IMG/VR virus record: IMGVR_UViG_3300043447_000710
Coordinates: 64,001-128,000 of that record
DNA length: 64,000 nucleotides
Source of the DNA: a virus
Taxonomy: Duplodnaviria; Caudoviricetes
Strand: one strand, 5' to 3'
A program made the position numbers and the translations under genes. The notes under the pieces are model-generated. The model was not told where the DNA came from. It searched no databases and saw nothing but the letters and a program-made list of their open reading frames with translations. Of the stretch, positions 38,432-48,378 are shown one piece after another; the stretch's first letter is position 1; the number at the start of each line of letters is the position of its first letter.

Positions 38432-39667
38432 TTGCATTTAGCAGTTCGAGAAATCTACTTTTGCACGCTTCACGTATTTTACAAAAAATGTGAAAATCGT
38501 AAAGCAGATTTAATTAACGGCTTAATTAACGTGGATTATAAGAGGATCGATAAAGAGCTGATCAAGATCAATCACGAACTGACCGCCAGAGGCTCCAAAA
38601 TTAAACTAGAGCGGCTTAGAGACAGCCTTTGGGCTAGAGGAACGTTTCCGCCTAAACCTGGAGAGACTAAATCTAAGCAACGTAAAGTTTCATTAAGTAT
38701 TTCAGCTCGTCTACACAACTTAGTAGACGCAAAGCAGCTAGCGTTAAAACTTTCCAACGATTTAGAGTTTGGAAAGTTTGTTTGGCCAGAATCACCAGTT
38801 AGTGATTTTGAGCCTACCGTTCCAGTACTAACAAAGGATTGGATTGAAAAGTTACGGCTGCGTTACTTTGAAACTAGAATCGAAAATGAAGACAATAGAC
38901 TTAACTGGCTAAAAGATTACGGTTATATTTTGACAGAACTCCCAGCAGATAAACCTCTAACCTTAGAAATCTGCGAACGTACGATCTTAAATAACCATCC
39001 TGTAATCGAAGGTAGTTCCCCGAAACAACGCAACCGGATGGTGATGGCGTGCGGGCGGCTACTAAACCTAGCTCAGATCGACGCTAAAGATTTAAAAAGA
39101 CTTAGAGTAGACGAACGCGATGCTCCGATTAAACTTAGCGAAATCCCAGACCTAACGCAAATCATTGAGTGCAAAGATCGAATACCGGTAAGATGGAAGT
39201 TTACTTACTCCCTGTGCGCTGCTTATGGCTTGCGGCCGCATGAAGTTTGGTTGTGCGACTTTTCAGAGCTAAGCGTAGACCGGGCATTGATTGTAAATCC
39301 AACTAAGACTAATAGAACTAGATTTGTTTATCCATACCCGCCCGAACTGTTCGATCTATTCGATCTAGGGGCGACTCCAGCAATTCCGGAAAGTAACAGT
39401 AAATCTCGTAAAGGTCGCGCCGCATTAATTTCTCAAGTACTTCGCAGAGCTAAATGCAACTTTACTCCTTACGATTTGCGCCATCAGTACGTATATCAAA
39501 TGTGTAAAGCAAACGTACCAGTTGCCTATCAATGCGATATGCTAGGACATTCTCCGGCAGTTCATCATAAACACTACAGGCTGTTTACAAGATCCCTAGA
39601 CAGAGTAAGGGAAATTAGAGCTGCGATTCTCGAATCCAATCAATCCGTTCCCATTCAAAGTAGTTAA
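38432..39667 (+). CDS. int: Tyrosine recombinase / phage integrase (probable start GTG 38531)
   Basis: YGLRPHE, TKT, YDLRH, LGHSPAVH..HY. Confidence 0.92.
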   Translation: MHLAVREIYFCTLHVFYKKCENRKADLINGLINVDYKRIDKELIKINHELTARGSKIKLERLRDSLWARGTFPPKPGETKSKQRKVSLSISARLHNLVDAKQLALKLSNDLEFGKFVWPESPVSDFEPTVPVLTKDWIEKLRLRYFETRIENEDNRLNWLKDYGYILTELPADKPLTLEICERTILNNHPVIEGSSPKQRNRMVMACGRLLNLAQIDAKDLKRLRVDERDAPIKLSEIPDLTQIIECKDRIPVRWKFTYSLCAAYGLRPHEVWLCDFSELSVDRALIVNPTKTNRTRFVYPYPPELFDLFDLGATPAIPESNSKSRKGRAALISQVLRRAKCNFTPYDLRHQYVYQMCKANVPVAYQCDMLGHSPAVHHKHYRLFTRSLDRVREIRAAILESNQSVPIQSS

Positions 39668-39908
39668 TGTAATACCGGCTGTTAACTATTTTATAGTGAA
39701 CGTTTTCTATCAAGGGTGAGTACTCACCGTTTAAATCTTTATTTATAATTTCTCTAACTTTGTAGGCGCTCCAAACTCCCCCGCTTAGCTTAGCAACCTT
39801 AGCAGGGGACACCCATTCCAGATTCACATCTGCAGCTTCTAGCCTGCGTTCTAAACGTTTTAGTCTTTGCTCTAATTGTTGAACTCTTTCTTCTACTGAT
39901 GAGAACAT
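39615..39908 (-). CDS. Putative excisionase / winged-HTH protein
   Basis: Coiled coil followed by WVSPAKVAKL HTH; convergent with the integrase. Confidence 0.55.
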   Translation of the reverse strand: MFSSVEERVQQLEQRLKRLERRLEAADVNLEWVSPAKVAKLSGGVWSAYKVREIINKDLNGEYSPLIENVHYKIVNSRYYINYFEWERIDWIRESQL

Positions 39909-40028
39909 ATCACAAACCTTTAAAAACTATCTCAGGGCTATAAGGACTAAAGCTAAAGTTAAACCTACACTTACACCTATTAAAAGAGCACTTAAGCAAA
40001 CCATAAAATTTTAATTTAGATTTTATTG

Positions 40029-40072
40029 TTAATAGAAAGCTGGGTATTTAGATATACCCAGCTTTCTATTAA
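40029..40072. terminator. Long perfect inverted repeat, probable bidirectional terminator
   Basis: TTAATAGAAAGCTGGGTAT-TTAGAT-ATACCCAGCTTTCTATTAA right after the nrdA stop. Confidence 0.8.
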
Positions 40073-40073
40073 G

Positions 40074-41801
40074 TTACTGACAGACTTTACACTCACTAGT
40101 ACTGTAATCAACATTAGCTTGTGGCTTCAATGCATTTGCAGTCTTACAGTAGTACAGTGACTTCAAACCTAGCTTATAAGCTAACCAGTGATCTGCATGT
40201 ACTTTAGCTGGGTCTGGCTCGTGATTGTAGAATAGATTTAGGCTTTGCCCTTGATCTATATATTCACCACGTTCGGCAGCTAACCGGACTAAAACTGACT
40301 GATCTAACTCGCGGGCGGTGCGAAACACTTTGCGTTCGCGTTCTGTAAGAAAGTCTAGGTGCTGAACGCTACCATTATGAGCAGCAATAGATCTCCAAAT
40401 CAAATCGTTGTTTAATCCATGTGACTCTAGAACGGTTTCTAAGTATTTATTGTAATAACGAAAGTTGCCTTTTGCTCCGTCTACAAAACCAGCATAACTT
40501 TCATACGGTTCGATAGACCTCGATACCTCGCCACAGACAGCAGCATTAGTTAACGTCGGAGCTACGGCTAGTAGATGAGTGTTACGCCGTTGTACTTCTT
40601 CGCACCAGTCTGGAACTCCATAAACTCTACCGAGATCGATACTAGCTTTCGTAGCTTTTGCAGAGATACCTGAGAAGATTTCCTTGTTTAAGTTAAAAGC
40701 TTCCTCACTATCAAACGGAATCATCTTGGATTTGAGATAGCTGTCGAAGCCCATTACGCCTAGACCTAAAGCTCGCGAATTCTTAGCAAATGCTAACGCC
40801 TTTTCTAAGCCCACCATGCCTTCGGCGCGTTCGATAAACTCACTCATTACAGCATCGAGAAAGTAGACAGCTAATTCTACAGTATTAGTATCTTTCCAGT
40901 CATCGTATAAAGCAAGGTTGAGACTAGACAGACAGCAAACAAGAGTGTATAGTTCGCTTGTAGCCAGCATTACTTCACTACAAAGATTACTGCCGTTTAC
41001 TTGTAATCCCAATCTTTTATAACTAGGAGGGTTGTCGCGGTTAGCTGCGTCTTCAAACAACAGGTAAGGTTCGCCGGTTTCAACTCGGAGCTTCAAGATC
41101 TCCTGCCAGGTTTCTAAAGCTTGTGCGTCGCGAGCTTGTAACTTATGTGCCCACTCCTCTGTAATTACAACAGCGTGATGGACCTTATTAAATCTACGTT
41201 CTGCTGAGATTTCCGGTTCTCGCATATGCAGAAAAGTTTTAATGTCTGGATGATCTACTTTCAAATAAGTAGCGATCGAACCGCGCCGCATCGAGTTCTG
41301 AGAAATCGAACTGATGCTAGAGTTAAGCATAGATAAAGGTAAAAGGATGCCGTTGGAAACGCCGCCTGATTTAATTTGGGCTCCTATTCCTCTAAGGTCT
41401 GACAAGTGGGAAGCGACTCCGCCGCCGCGCCAAGTTAGGTGTGCTTGCTCGTTAACGTGAGACAATATCGAAGGCATATCATCCTTACAAAACGCTGAAT
41501 AACAAGAGATAGGTAATCCGCGCTCCGCCCCGAAATTGGAAAGCACTGGGGACGAAGGACCGAGCCAACCCTGCCATAAAATATTAAAAAACTCAGCTTC
41601 TAAATCAGCCCGCTCTAGATATTTGGCAGCAGCTTTAGCAAGTCTGAGGTATAAAGCTTTAGGTGTCTCGCCATCTAAAAGATAGCCGCGCTCTGCAGCA
41701 GAGCCGAGTAAGGTTCGATAACCTATAGGTGTCATCCAAATAGGAGCCTCGGTACGTTCTTTTAAGGCTTGTAGTTCTGAGTCTGTTTGGTGAAAGAACA
41801 T
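40074..41801 (-). CDS. nrdA: Ribonucleotide reductase class I alpha subunit
   Basis: PISCY, SNLCSE, CCLSS, RALGLG, APT, IDQGQS, KSLYY, C-terminal CKVC. Confidence 0.95.
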   Translation of the reverse strand: MFFHQTDSELQALKERTEAPIWMTPIGYRTLLGSAAERGYLLDGETPKALYLRLAKAAAKYLERADLEAEFFNILWQGWLGPSSPVLSNFGAERGLPISCYSAFCKDDMPSILSHVNEQAHLTWRGGGVASHLSDLRGIGAQIKSGGVSNGILLPLSMLNSSISSISQNSMRRGSIATYLKVDHPDIKTFLHMREPEISAERRFNKVHHAVVITEEWAHKLQARDAQALETWQEILKLRVETGEPYLLFEDAANRDNPPSYKRLGLQVNGSNLCSEVMLATSELYTLVCCLSSLNLALYDDWKDTNTVELAVYFLDAVMSEFIERAEGMVGLEKALAFAKNSRALGLGVMGFDSYLKSKMIPFDSEEAFNLNKEIFSGISAKATKASIDLGRVYGVPDWCEEVQRRNTHLLAVAPTLTNAAVCGEVSRSIEPYESYAGFVDGAKGNFRYYNKYLETVLESHGLNNDLIWRSIAAHNGSVQHLDFLTERERKVFRTARELDQSVLVRLAAERGEYIDQGQSLNLFYNHEPDPAKVHADHWLAYKLGLKSLYYCKTANALKPQANVDYSTSECKVCQ

Positions 41802-41804
41802 AAT

Positions 41805-42770
41805 TTAAAATTGGAAGGAATCTACATTGGGGTTAAACCGACCTTTGGTGTAGGTAGTCGGCGTACGCGCGAACGTATCTGTAATTGGAGATACGATGTT
41901 AACTAAATCGAACCAAGTAGCAATTCGGTCGCTTGCTTCTAGATCGAAGGCGATCTTTTCTTTTGAGCCGAGTCTTTCAAGCATAAAGTTAGCGCGGCGC
42001 TTGATAAATTCTTTAAGGTCTCCAGCATTTAGGTCTGGTAAGGTTCGCCCATTAAGAACGCTGTCGATAAAAGCCGACTCTAAGTCGATCGCTGTTAAGG
42101 CCGCTTGATGGATTTGGGAACGTAGAATAGACGTATCTAGCTGAGGACTGTCTAGCATTAACGTTTTAAACAACCAGCAGCCAGCTTGAGAATGTAAATC
42201 CTCATCTCGACAACCGTACTCTACAACTGAAGTCACTCCAGGCAATAGGCTTTGTAGTTTTAGCCATTGAATGATAGCGAACGAGGAAAACAGAGTTACA
42301 CCTTCTGTAATTCCAGAAAAGATAGCAAGGCTAATAGCTATTTCTTCTGCGGTGTCCTCTTTAGCATTACGCAGAAACTCGATCTTAGCTAAAGCCGTGG
42401 AGTCTTTTTTAAATGACGTATACGTATCTAGTCCTAAAACTGTGGACAGTTGATTGTAAGAAAGAGCGTGAACTCCTTCCATGTCTCCTAGTCGCCGCGC
42501 CATCAAACAGATCTCCGGATGCGGAAACCACCTTGGAATGTTGCCAGACCAGTATTCTCCAACAACGTGTTCTGTCTGTACGAACCCACGCAGAACGCCG
42601 CTGATGACGTCTTTAACTGTAGGATCGATAGACTGCCATTGGACGACGTCCTTATCAAAATTAATGTCCGATAACTCCCAGCGGGCGGCTGTTTGTTTCT
42701 CGTAATATTCCATCGCCTGCGGATAACAATAGGGCGTGAGATTATCGCGCCCTTGAAAAAGACTGACCAT
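41805..42770 (-). CDS. nrdB: Ribonucleotide reductase class I beta subunit
   Basis: EGVHALSY, EGVTLFSSF, RDEDLH. Confidence 0.93.
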   Translation of the reverse strand: MVSLFQGRDNLTPYCYPQAMEYYEKQTAARWELSDINFDKDVVQWQSIDPTVKDVISGVLRGFVQTEHVVGEYWSGNIPRWFPHPEICLMARRLGDMEGVHALSYNQLSTVLGLDTYTSFKKDSTALAKIEFLRNAKEDTAEEIAISLAIFSGITEGVTLFSSFAIIQWLKLQSLLPGVTSVVEYGCRDEDLHSQAGCWLFKTLMLDSPQLDTSILRSQIHQAALTAIDLESAFIDSVLNGRTLPDLNAGDLKEFIKRRANFMLERLGSKEKIAFDLEASDRIATWFDLVNIVSPITDTFARTPTTYTKGRFNPNVDSFQF

Positions 42771-42784
42771 TAGATTTTGCTACA

Positions 42785-43510
42785 CTATTCAGTGAATTCT
42801 CTACTATCAAAGGCACTCAGGGCTTTAACTGCTACTGCAGTTGGATCTCCAAAGTCCTTGAGCAATCGTAAAACTTCTTGCTGTTGGTCTGGCGTGCAAA
42901 CGCTTAAAATTACTTGTTTGACTGCCTCTTGAAATCGGCGGCGCTCGAATAATTCTCCTAGCTTAATTTGTAAATCTGCAGCTAGTTTGATCGTTTGTCT
43001 TAGTTCGGAGATATACTTGCTATGATTTTCTTGCTGCTTGGGATCTGTAGAATATTGCAGCCTTCCTAACTGCGAGTTAATCTGAGCCAGTAGCTTTTCT
43101 AATTGCGTAGATGTATCGAATACGGAAGTAGTTCTAACTTTTACCCGTTCTCCATAGCTAGAGCTTTGATACTTTTCGATGAAAGCTCTAATTGTAGAAG
43201 CGTTAATGCTAATTCCGCGTTCTTTAAAACGTTGAGAAATTTCCGTAGCTCCTAATTTATTACTAGCTAAAGCTAGTACTTCTTTACTCAAGCCTAGCTT
43301 TTCAACCGATCCTCTGGCCGCATAAATGTCTAGTTCTCCAGCGACTGCGGGTAAAAGTGCAGAGCTATCGAATAGCACGAGGGCGCCTTTAAGTTTAGCA
43401 ATTGAAATTTCTAATTCTTGGGCGGCATCTTTAGAAAGCGTTGCTTGCAGAGAAGTAAGCGCTGTGGCAACAGAATCTAATTGTTCGTATATTGTAATCT
43501 CTCGTGCCAT
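42785..43510 (-). CDS. HTH-containing helical protein (possibly terminase small subunit-like)
   Basis: GATEISQRF...INASTIRAF HTH-like segment, helical C-terminus. Confidence 0.45.
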   Translation of the reverse strand: MAREITIYEQLDSVATALTSLQATLSKDAAQELEISIAKLKGALVLFDSSALLPAVAGELDIYAARGSVEKLGLSKEVLALASNKLGATEISQRFKERGISINASTIRAFIEKYQSSSYGERVKVRTTSVFDTSTQLEKLLAQINSQLGRLQYSTDPKQQENHSKYISELRQTIKLAADLQIKLGELFERRRFQEAVKQVILSVCTPDQQQEVLRLLKDFGDPTAVAVKALSAFDSREFTE

Positions 43511-44115
43511 CAGTTATCGATCCTGTAAAACTTTTGAATCGTATCTGTTTCTAAGTCTGGGTGCAGCAATAACGTAAGAATGGCACTAAGCTGTAGGTCG
43601 CATCTGCGTTTGAGAGCGCTCTCTGACGAGTTAAATACGTACGATGTTCGATCTAACCTGCGCGCTTGGAGGACGCGAGCGTAAAACACATGATAGTCTA
43701 AATCATCAAGTCTTCGAAGTTTGGTAAGTTGTGCGCGTACTTCTTGGTAGCTAAACTTTCTGCCGTTCGGGTGTTGCCACGGCTGCTCCAACGGAAAGTC
43801 TAACTGTAAGTAAGTAAACAAAGACTGCCGGATTACATCTCGATGATTGTCGATGTGAATTCTAACATCTCGTTTTGGCGGCACTGGAACTTTGGGTGCA
43901 GAAAGCAAGCTGTTATAAATCTTAGAAGCTTCAAAGTTAAGTCCTTCTTCTGAAAGTACTAATTTACCGATTCTTGGAAGTTCGATCTCGCCGTATTGCT
44001 GTAACGCTCCGACAATAGCGCATCCCAACTCTTTAATAATTCGACGAGTTTCGGGTTCGCTTGTATTAAAGTGCAAGGCGATATGATCGAACACCAATTG
44101 TAAAGGTGCTGCCAT
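43510..44115 (-). CDS. HU/IHF-like domain fused to a helical (sigma region 4-like) domain
   Basis: ETRRIIKELGCAIVGALQQYGEIELPRIGKL. Confidence 0.55.
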   Translation of the reverse strand: MAAPLQLVFDHIALHFNTSEPETRRIIKELGCAIVGALQQYGEIELPRIGKLVLSEEGLNFEASKIYNSLLSAPKVPVPPKRDVRIHIDNHRDVIRQSLFTYLQLDFPLEQPWQHPNGRKFSYQEVRAQLTKLRRLDDLDYHVFYARVLQARRLDRTSYVFNSSESALKRRCDLQLSAILTLLLHPDLETDTIQKFYRIDN

Positions 44116-44125
44116 GATTTAAAAT

Positions 44126-45196
44126 TCAGAGATTGAGGGAAAGTGGATCGAAGTGAGGCCAGCAGGTTGGGACTAGCTTACAAACTCTGACATCTTTACC
44201 AAACTTACGCGCGCAATTACTGTGATAAATATTAGTAGGCGGCTGCCGATGCCATTGTCTGTTAGGTTGGCAGATTTCTATTGCTAGTCCGCAATAATAA
44301 TCATATATCTCTTTTGATAAATTGCGGTCTAAAGATACAGAAATTATTTGTTGTGTGGGCAAACTATTAATGCCGATAGTGTCCGCCCACACGCCAGTAG
44401 TTAAATAGTAAAGATAAGCGTAGATGTTGAGTTGCTCGTGGTGCATTACTAAGGCTTCAGTCGGTAAAGCTTTAGAAGTTTTATGATCGATTAGATGCAA
44501 ACCATCCTCGTCCGTGTAAATCCAATCGATAAACCCGCGCCAGATAACGTCAGGAGCTGCTTCAATTCGTTCTACACTAAGATCGTACTCGATAGCTACA
44601 GTGTTAGCGTTCGATGCTGGAGTAAAATTCAAGCCAAAATGTAAACCTCTAGCGGCAGCGCTAGTCAGTTTAACATCGCTAGTAAAGTCAGGATCTAGGC
44701 GCCCAGCAGTAACATCTATACACGAACGCAACGAGTCGATCTTAAGTTTGTCTAGCTCCATCCGAAAACTGATAGACGGATAGTTTAAGGGGTCTGCTAA
44801 TAGATCGCCACTCTTAGATCTAATCGTGTCTTCATAAGAATACCAGCTAGCACATCTATCTAATAGACTAGAAATTTGACTAGCGCAGTCGTACAAAGAT
44901 TGCAGGTCGATACCTACGCCCAAATCCATCTCTGAGTAGCTTTCAGAAACAGCCAATTTACAATCATCTTTCAGCCAAGTAGACAAGACATTTAAGGTTT
45001 CTGCCTGGTCTAAATCTCTTTGAATCTCTAGTCTGCGTTCGATCAGTAAGTGGGCAAGAGAGCCTTGAAGGAGAGGCTCCTGCTTGGCAGAGGCAGTTAT
45101 TGCTGGGTCTTTTAGTACGTACTTATGATAGAACAGTCGGGGGCATTTAAGATAATCTTCAAAACGACTGAAAGAGACTGAAGTAATTGGTTGCAA
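44126..45196 (-). CDS. PD-(D/E)XK exonuclease (RecB/Cas4-like)
   Basis: SFSRF..YLKCP, GSLAH, GFID, IDHKTS, QLNIY, C-terminal Cys. Confidence 0.85.
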   Translation of the reverse strand: MQPITSVSFSRFEDYLKCPRLFYHKYVLKDPAITASAKQEPLLQGSLAHLLIERRLEIQRDLDQAETLNVLSTWLKDDCKLAVSESYSEMDLGVGIDLQSLYDCASQISSLLDRCASWYSYEDTIRSKSGDLLADPLNYPSISFRMELDKLKIDSLRSCIDVTAGRLDPDFTSDVKLTSAAARGLHFGLNFTPASNANTVAIEYDLSVERIEAAPDVIWRGFIDWIYTDEDGLHLIDHKTSKALPTEALVMHHEQLNIYAYLYYLTTGVWADTIGINSLPTQQIISVSLDRNLSKEIYDYYCGLAIEICQPNRQWHRQPPTNIYHSNCARKFGKDVRVCKLVPTCWPHFDPLSLNL

Positions 45197-45201
45197 AATA
45201 A

Positions 45202-45531
45202 TTATACGATAGGGGATTCGAGAATAGTAGTGCCGATCAGTTTAACGTTTTCGTCGTTGATATCTTTATCTGAAAGCAAGAAGATCCGCCAACCATTTGC
45301 AGACGCTAGGTTTTGCTTTTCGTAGTCTTTTTGAACGCCAGTGCCGCCAGAATGGCCGGATCTTGCCATCCAAATCCCACCTTGAACTTCAATAGCAATT
45401 TTAGTTTCTAAGTGAGCGAAGTCAAACTTAAAGCGACGATTGGCAAGAAATTTGTACTCTGAGTGTAAGTCGATTTGGGGATAGATATGCACCCACAAGT
45501 CTGCGAATTTACGTTCTAAATGCGTTGACAT
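45202..45531 (-). CDS. PD-(D/E)XK endonuclease (Vsr/DUF559-like)
   Basis: RRFKFDFA...IAIEVQGG...DYEKQN...GWR. Confidence 0.8.
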   Translation of the reverse strand: MSTHLERKFADLWVHIYPQIDLHSEYKFLANRRFKFDFAHLETKIAIEVQGGIWMARSGHSGGTGVQKDYEKQNLASANGWRIFLLSDKDINDENVKLIGTTILESPIV

Positions 45532-45567
45532 ATATAAAAAGAGTTTTACTACAGACTACTAAAACAC

Positions 45568-45596
45568 TTAACCGCGCGTAGTTGTCGCGCGGTTAA
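45568..45596. terminator. Intergenic stem-loop
   Basis: TTAACCGCGCG-7 nt-CGCGCGGTTAA. Confidence 0.6.
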
Positions 45597-45600
45597 CTGC

Positions 45601-46278
45601 TCAATCAACCCAAGGAGAGTGAGTATTAGGAGCGTCGATGTAGTTCTCGTGCCAGTCGTCAGCCATCCATTCCCAGTGGCTTGTTTGCACGGAGCCTAGA
45701 CCCCACTCGTTAGAAATGTCCTCGTGCGCGGGCATGTTCCGAGTCTCGGCTAAAGTTCTTCCAGCTCTAACTGCGTACTCCCAAAAAGCTTCGCTGGGCA
45801 GGCTATAGTCTAGATCCACATGTTTAGCTAGTCTCTTACTAAATTCGTCTGCTTCTAGCCATGAAAAGTGACTAGCTTCAGCTTTAGGATCGGCTTCTTG
45901 TTTAGAAACATTAAGCTCGTACTCAATTTTTGGTAGATTTTTAGCTACCCAATCCCATAAATCGTTTTTGATAGGATGAATGCTAATAAAAAAGTCAGGT
46001 ATAGAAACTAGATGAGCTGGCCGTTCTGATGAATCTCCTGTTTCGTCATCGTCCGGCGAGCCCATTAAAAAGACATCACCTTTAATCTTTATTAGCTCTA
46101 GGTAAATGCCGTCCTCTTTAGAAATTTCATGTACGTATTTGTAGCCTTTGCGAGTTACGATGGTTTTAGCATCTGGTAACATTACTTCAAATTTATGAAC
46201 TCGGCGTAAAAAAGGGAGTTTTGGTTTGCGATTACTGGATTTGCGAACTGACGTATTCGTGGACTTGCGGTCTGACAT
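45601..46278 (-). CDS. FGE-sulfatase (C-type lectin fold) domain protein, C-terminally short
   Basis: FLMGS, ERPAHLV, LPSEAFWEYAVRAG, NEWGL, WEW..D.WHENY..AP. Confidence 0.85.
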   Translation of the reverse strand: MSDRKSTNTSVRKSSNRKPKLPFLRRVHKFEVMLPDAKTIVTRKGYKYVHEISKEDGIYLELIKIKGDVFLMGSPDDDETGDSSERPAHLVSIPDFFISIHPIKNDLWDWVAKNLPKIEYELNVSKQEADPKAEASHFSWLEADEFSKRLAKHVDLDYSLPSEAFWEYAVRAGRTLAETRNMPAHEDISNEWGLGSVQTSHWEWMADDWHENYIDAPNTHSPWVD

Positions 46279-46585
46279 GTTGTAAATAGCGGTTGAGTAA
46301 ATAGTGTAATTCGTAAAAGTTGTTGTCGTTTACTGCAAGGTTAGGTACTTGTAGTAGTCCGTATGTAGAAACTTGCTGTTGAAGTTCTGACGGTAAATTA
46401 AGATTTTGATTGGCGTACAATCTATCTAAGTAAGCTATTACTTGAAAGTAATAGCGGATCTCTAACGATGTATCGGCGCGAATCACTGCATGAGTTAACA
46501 AACGATCGAGGTATAAAATCTTTGCAATTGGATTGTTAAAGGGTAAGGTTTGTAGATAACGATCTATCTCCTGTGTCTTATCCAT
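46232..46585 (-). CDS. Hypothetical protein
   Basis: ORF track. Confidence 0.55.
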   Translation of the reverse strand: MDKTQEIDRYLQTLPFNNPIAKILYLDRLLTHAVIRADTSLEIRYYFQVIAYLDRLYANQNLNLPSELQQQVSTYGLLQVPNLAVNDNNFYELHYLLNRYLQHVRPQVHEYVSSQIQ

Positions 46586-47285
46586 CTAGCAGCTCCCCTT
46601 TAGCAGTAATTTTGTAAGCTTTCTTTAGCCAATCGTCCCCGCATTGGCGTTTACCGTACTTAGTTAACAGAATAGACATAGTGGAAAATTCATGTTTTGA
46701 ATACCAGTGCCACCACGGTACTGCAAACATCTGACGCCACCAACGAGGTGGATAAAGATGCCAGTTAGATTCGATCGTGCTGTAGTCAGCTTCTTGCAAC
46801 AACCACAGCCAAGTGTGTGGCAAGCGGCGTAGATAAGATCTCCGCATCCCTAAAATCGGGCCGAGATCGAAAATAGTTTGTGGCAAGAAAGGATAAGGAT
46901 GATTGAGTTTTGCTAGAGGGTATTCAGGTCTGCTAGCCATAAGATGCTGTAGCTCTAAACTATACGCACTTTTGGCTAAAGCAATAGCTTTAGTCATCCA
47001 GCGATCGTTAGATACTTTAGCTGGCGTACCCAAGCGCCCGAGTATGTTTGGGCGGTCTAGGTAAACGAGATCGATATTGCCGGCGTAAAGCTGTAAATAA
47101 GAACTAAGATAAGCACTACGGCTACTAAGTAAGCTTGGTAAATGGCGGGTAAAGTCTAATTCGATTTGATTTATATGAATTAGTTTACGCGCTATTAACT
47201 TTTCATTTCTTACTAACAATCCTGCCAGCCAAATTCCGACTAGAGCTTTATCTATTCCGAAGCTACCAATATAAATACAGTCCAT
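46578..47285 (-). CDS. Hypothetical protein
   Basis: ORF track. Confidence 0.6.
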   Translation of the reverse strand: MDCIYIGSFGIDKALVGIWLAGLLVRNEKLIARKLIHINQIELDFTRHLPSLLSSRSAYLSSYLQLYAGNIDLVYLDRPNILGRLGTPAKVSNDRWMTKAIALAKSAYSLELQHLMASRPEYPLAKLNHPYPFLPQTIFDLGPILGMRRSYLRRLPHTWLWLLQEADYSTIESNWHLYPPRWWRQMFAVPWWHWYSKHEFSTMSILLTKYGKRQCGDDWLKKAYKITAKGELLDG

Positions 47286-47286
47286 C

Positions 47287-48378
47287 TTACAAAAAATAAT
47301 CAGAAAGAGTTTTTAGCCAACCTCCATGCGTTAGAACTTTAGCTTCGATAGCTTGGCTTTCAAGCTCTGTAATAGTCAAGCCAGCAATGGCCTCTAGTAA
47401 TGTTTGCAAATCGTGAATGGTTTCAACAGCTAAGGTGGGAATAGATCTTAGTCCGCGTTGGTAATGGGCGTAAAGACTTTCTGCGTGCCAATTATAGTAT
47501 TTGCAAACGTCAAAGCAGTCGGTAGCCCCTGAAATTGTTGGTAGTTTCCAACAAGAAATTTTTAGATCCGGTCGTTGGCGTTGTAACCAAGCTAGTTGAG
47601 GTAGTACGTACTGCCAACTTTTAGTCCGTTCGCCGCAACTGAAATCTTGATAATCACAATCGTAGACTGCGACTAAAGGCCGTTCTAGTTGTAGTAGTAG
47701 GTCTAAAGGCAAACGTTGAATTCCAAAACTGCCTAGAACTTCAATCCCTAAAACTTTAAGGGCTAAAGCGTCTGTAACGCCCTCGCATAAAAATAACGGT
47801 TCTGTAGATTTAAGATTTACTTGTTGAGGAAAGTAGAAATACTTATCGATCGAACCGTAAATGTTTGGTTTTGATGCCAGCCATTTGACTGGACTATCTT
47901 CTACAGCTCTAGCTTGAAAACCAACTATCTTGCCTCTAAAGTTTTTGACTGGAAATACTACTCTATTGCTAAATAACTCGCCTTTTTCAGAAGCCAGGCC
48001 GGCTAGTTCGATAGTTTTTCGATCGATACCAGCGGAGCGTAGGGTGTTCCCCTCTGGCGCATAACCCCAATCTACATCTAGCTCTGTCGGGTAGCCCCGC
48101 GAGACACTCCATTCCTTGGCTAACGAGTCGTGTTGTTGATACGCGCGCCAAAGGGGCAACATATCAAAAGATGGGAAGCTTTGTTGAGGAGCTTTTAACC
48201 CTAGCAGCTCTAAGCAGTCTAAGATTCCACCGCTAATGTTACAGCGAAAGCATTTAAACGCTCTTCTGTAAATTTTGAGACTCGCCCCATGCTGCTTGCC
48301 GGGGTCGCACTTAGGACAGTGCAGTCGTTTGTGCGACTCCCCGTTAGCTTTAAGTAGTTCTGGAAGATCTGGCAGCAT
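47287..48378 (-). CDS. DnaG-like DNA primase
   Basis: Zn finger CPKC...CFRC, FSNRVVFP...GFQAR, TOPRIM CEGVTD and YDCD. Confidence 0.88.
   Translation of the reverse strand: MLPDLPELLKANGESHKRLHCPKCDPGKQHGASLKIYRRAFKCFRCNISGGILDCLELLGLKAPQQSFPSFDMLPLWRAYQQHDSLAKEWSVSRGYPTELDVDWGYAPEGNTLRSAGIDRKTIELAGLASEKGELFSNRVVFPVKNFRGKIVGFQARAVEDSPVKWLASKPNIYGSIDKYFYFPQQVNLKSTEPLFLCEGVTDALALKVLGIEVLGSFGIQRLPLDLLLQLERPLVAVYDCDYQDFSCGERTKSWQYVLPQLAWLQRQRPDLKISCWKLPTISGATDCFDVCKYYNWHAESLYAHYQRGLRSIPTLAVETIHDLQTLLEAIAGLTITELESQAIEAKVLTHGGWLKTLSDYFL

Noticed and set aside
45601-46278. Diversity-generating retroelement
   Set aside because: No reverse transcriptase or template/variable repeat pair seen in the window
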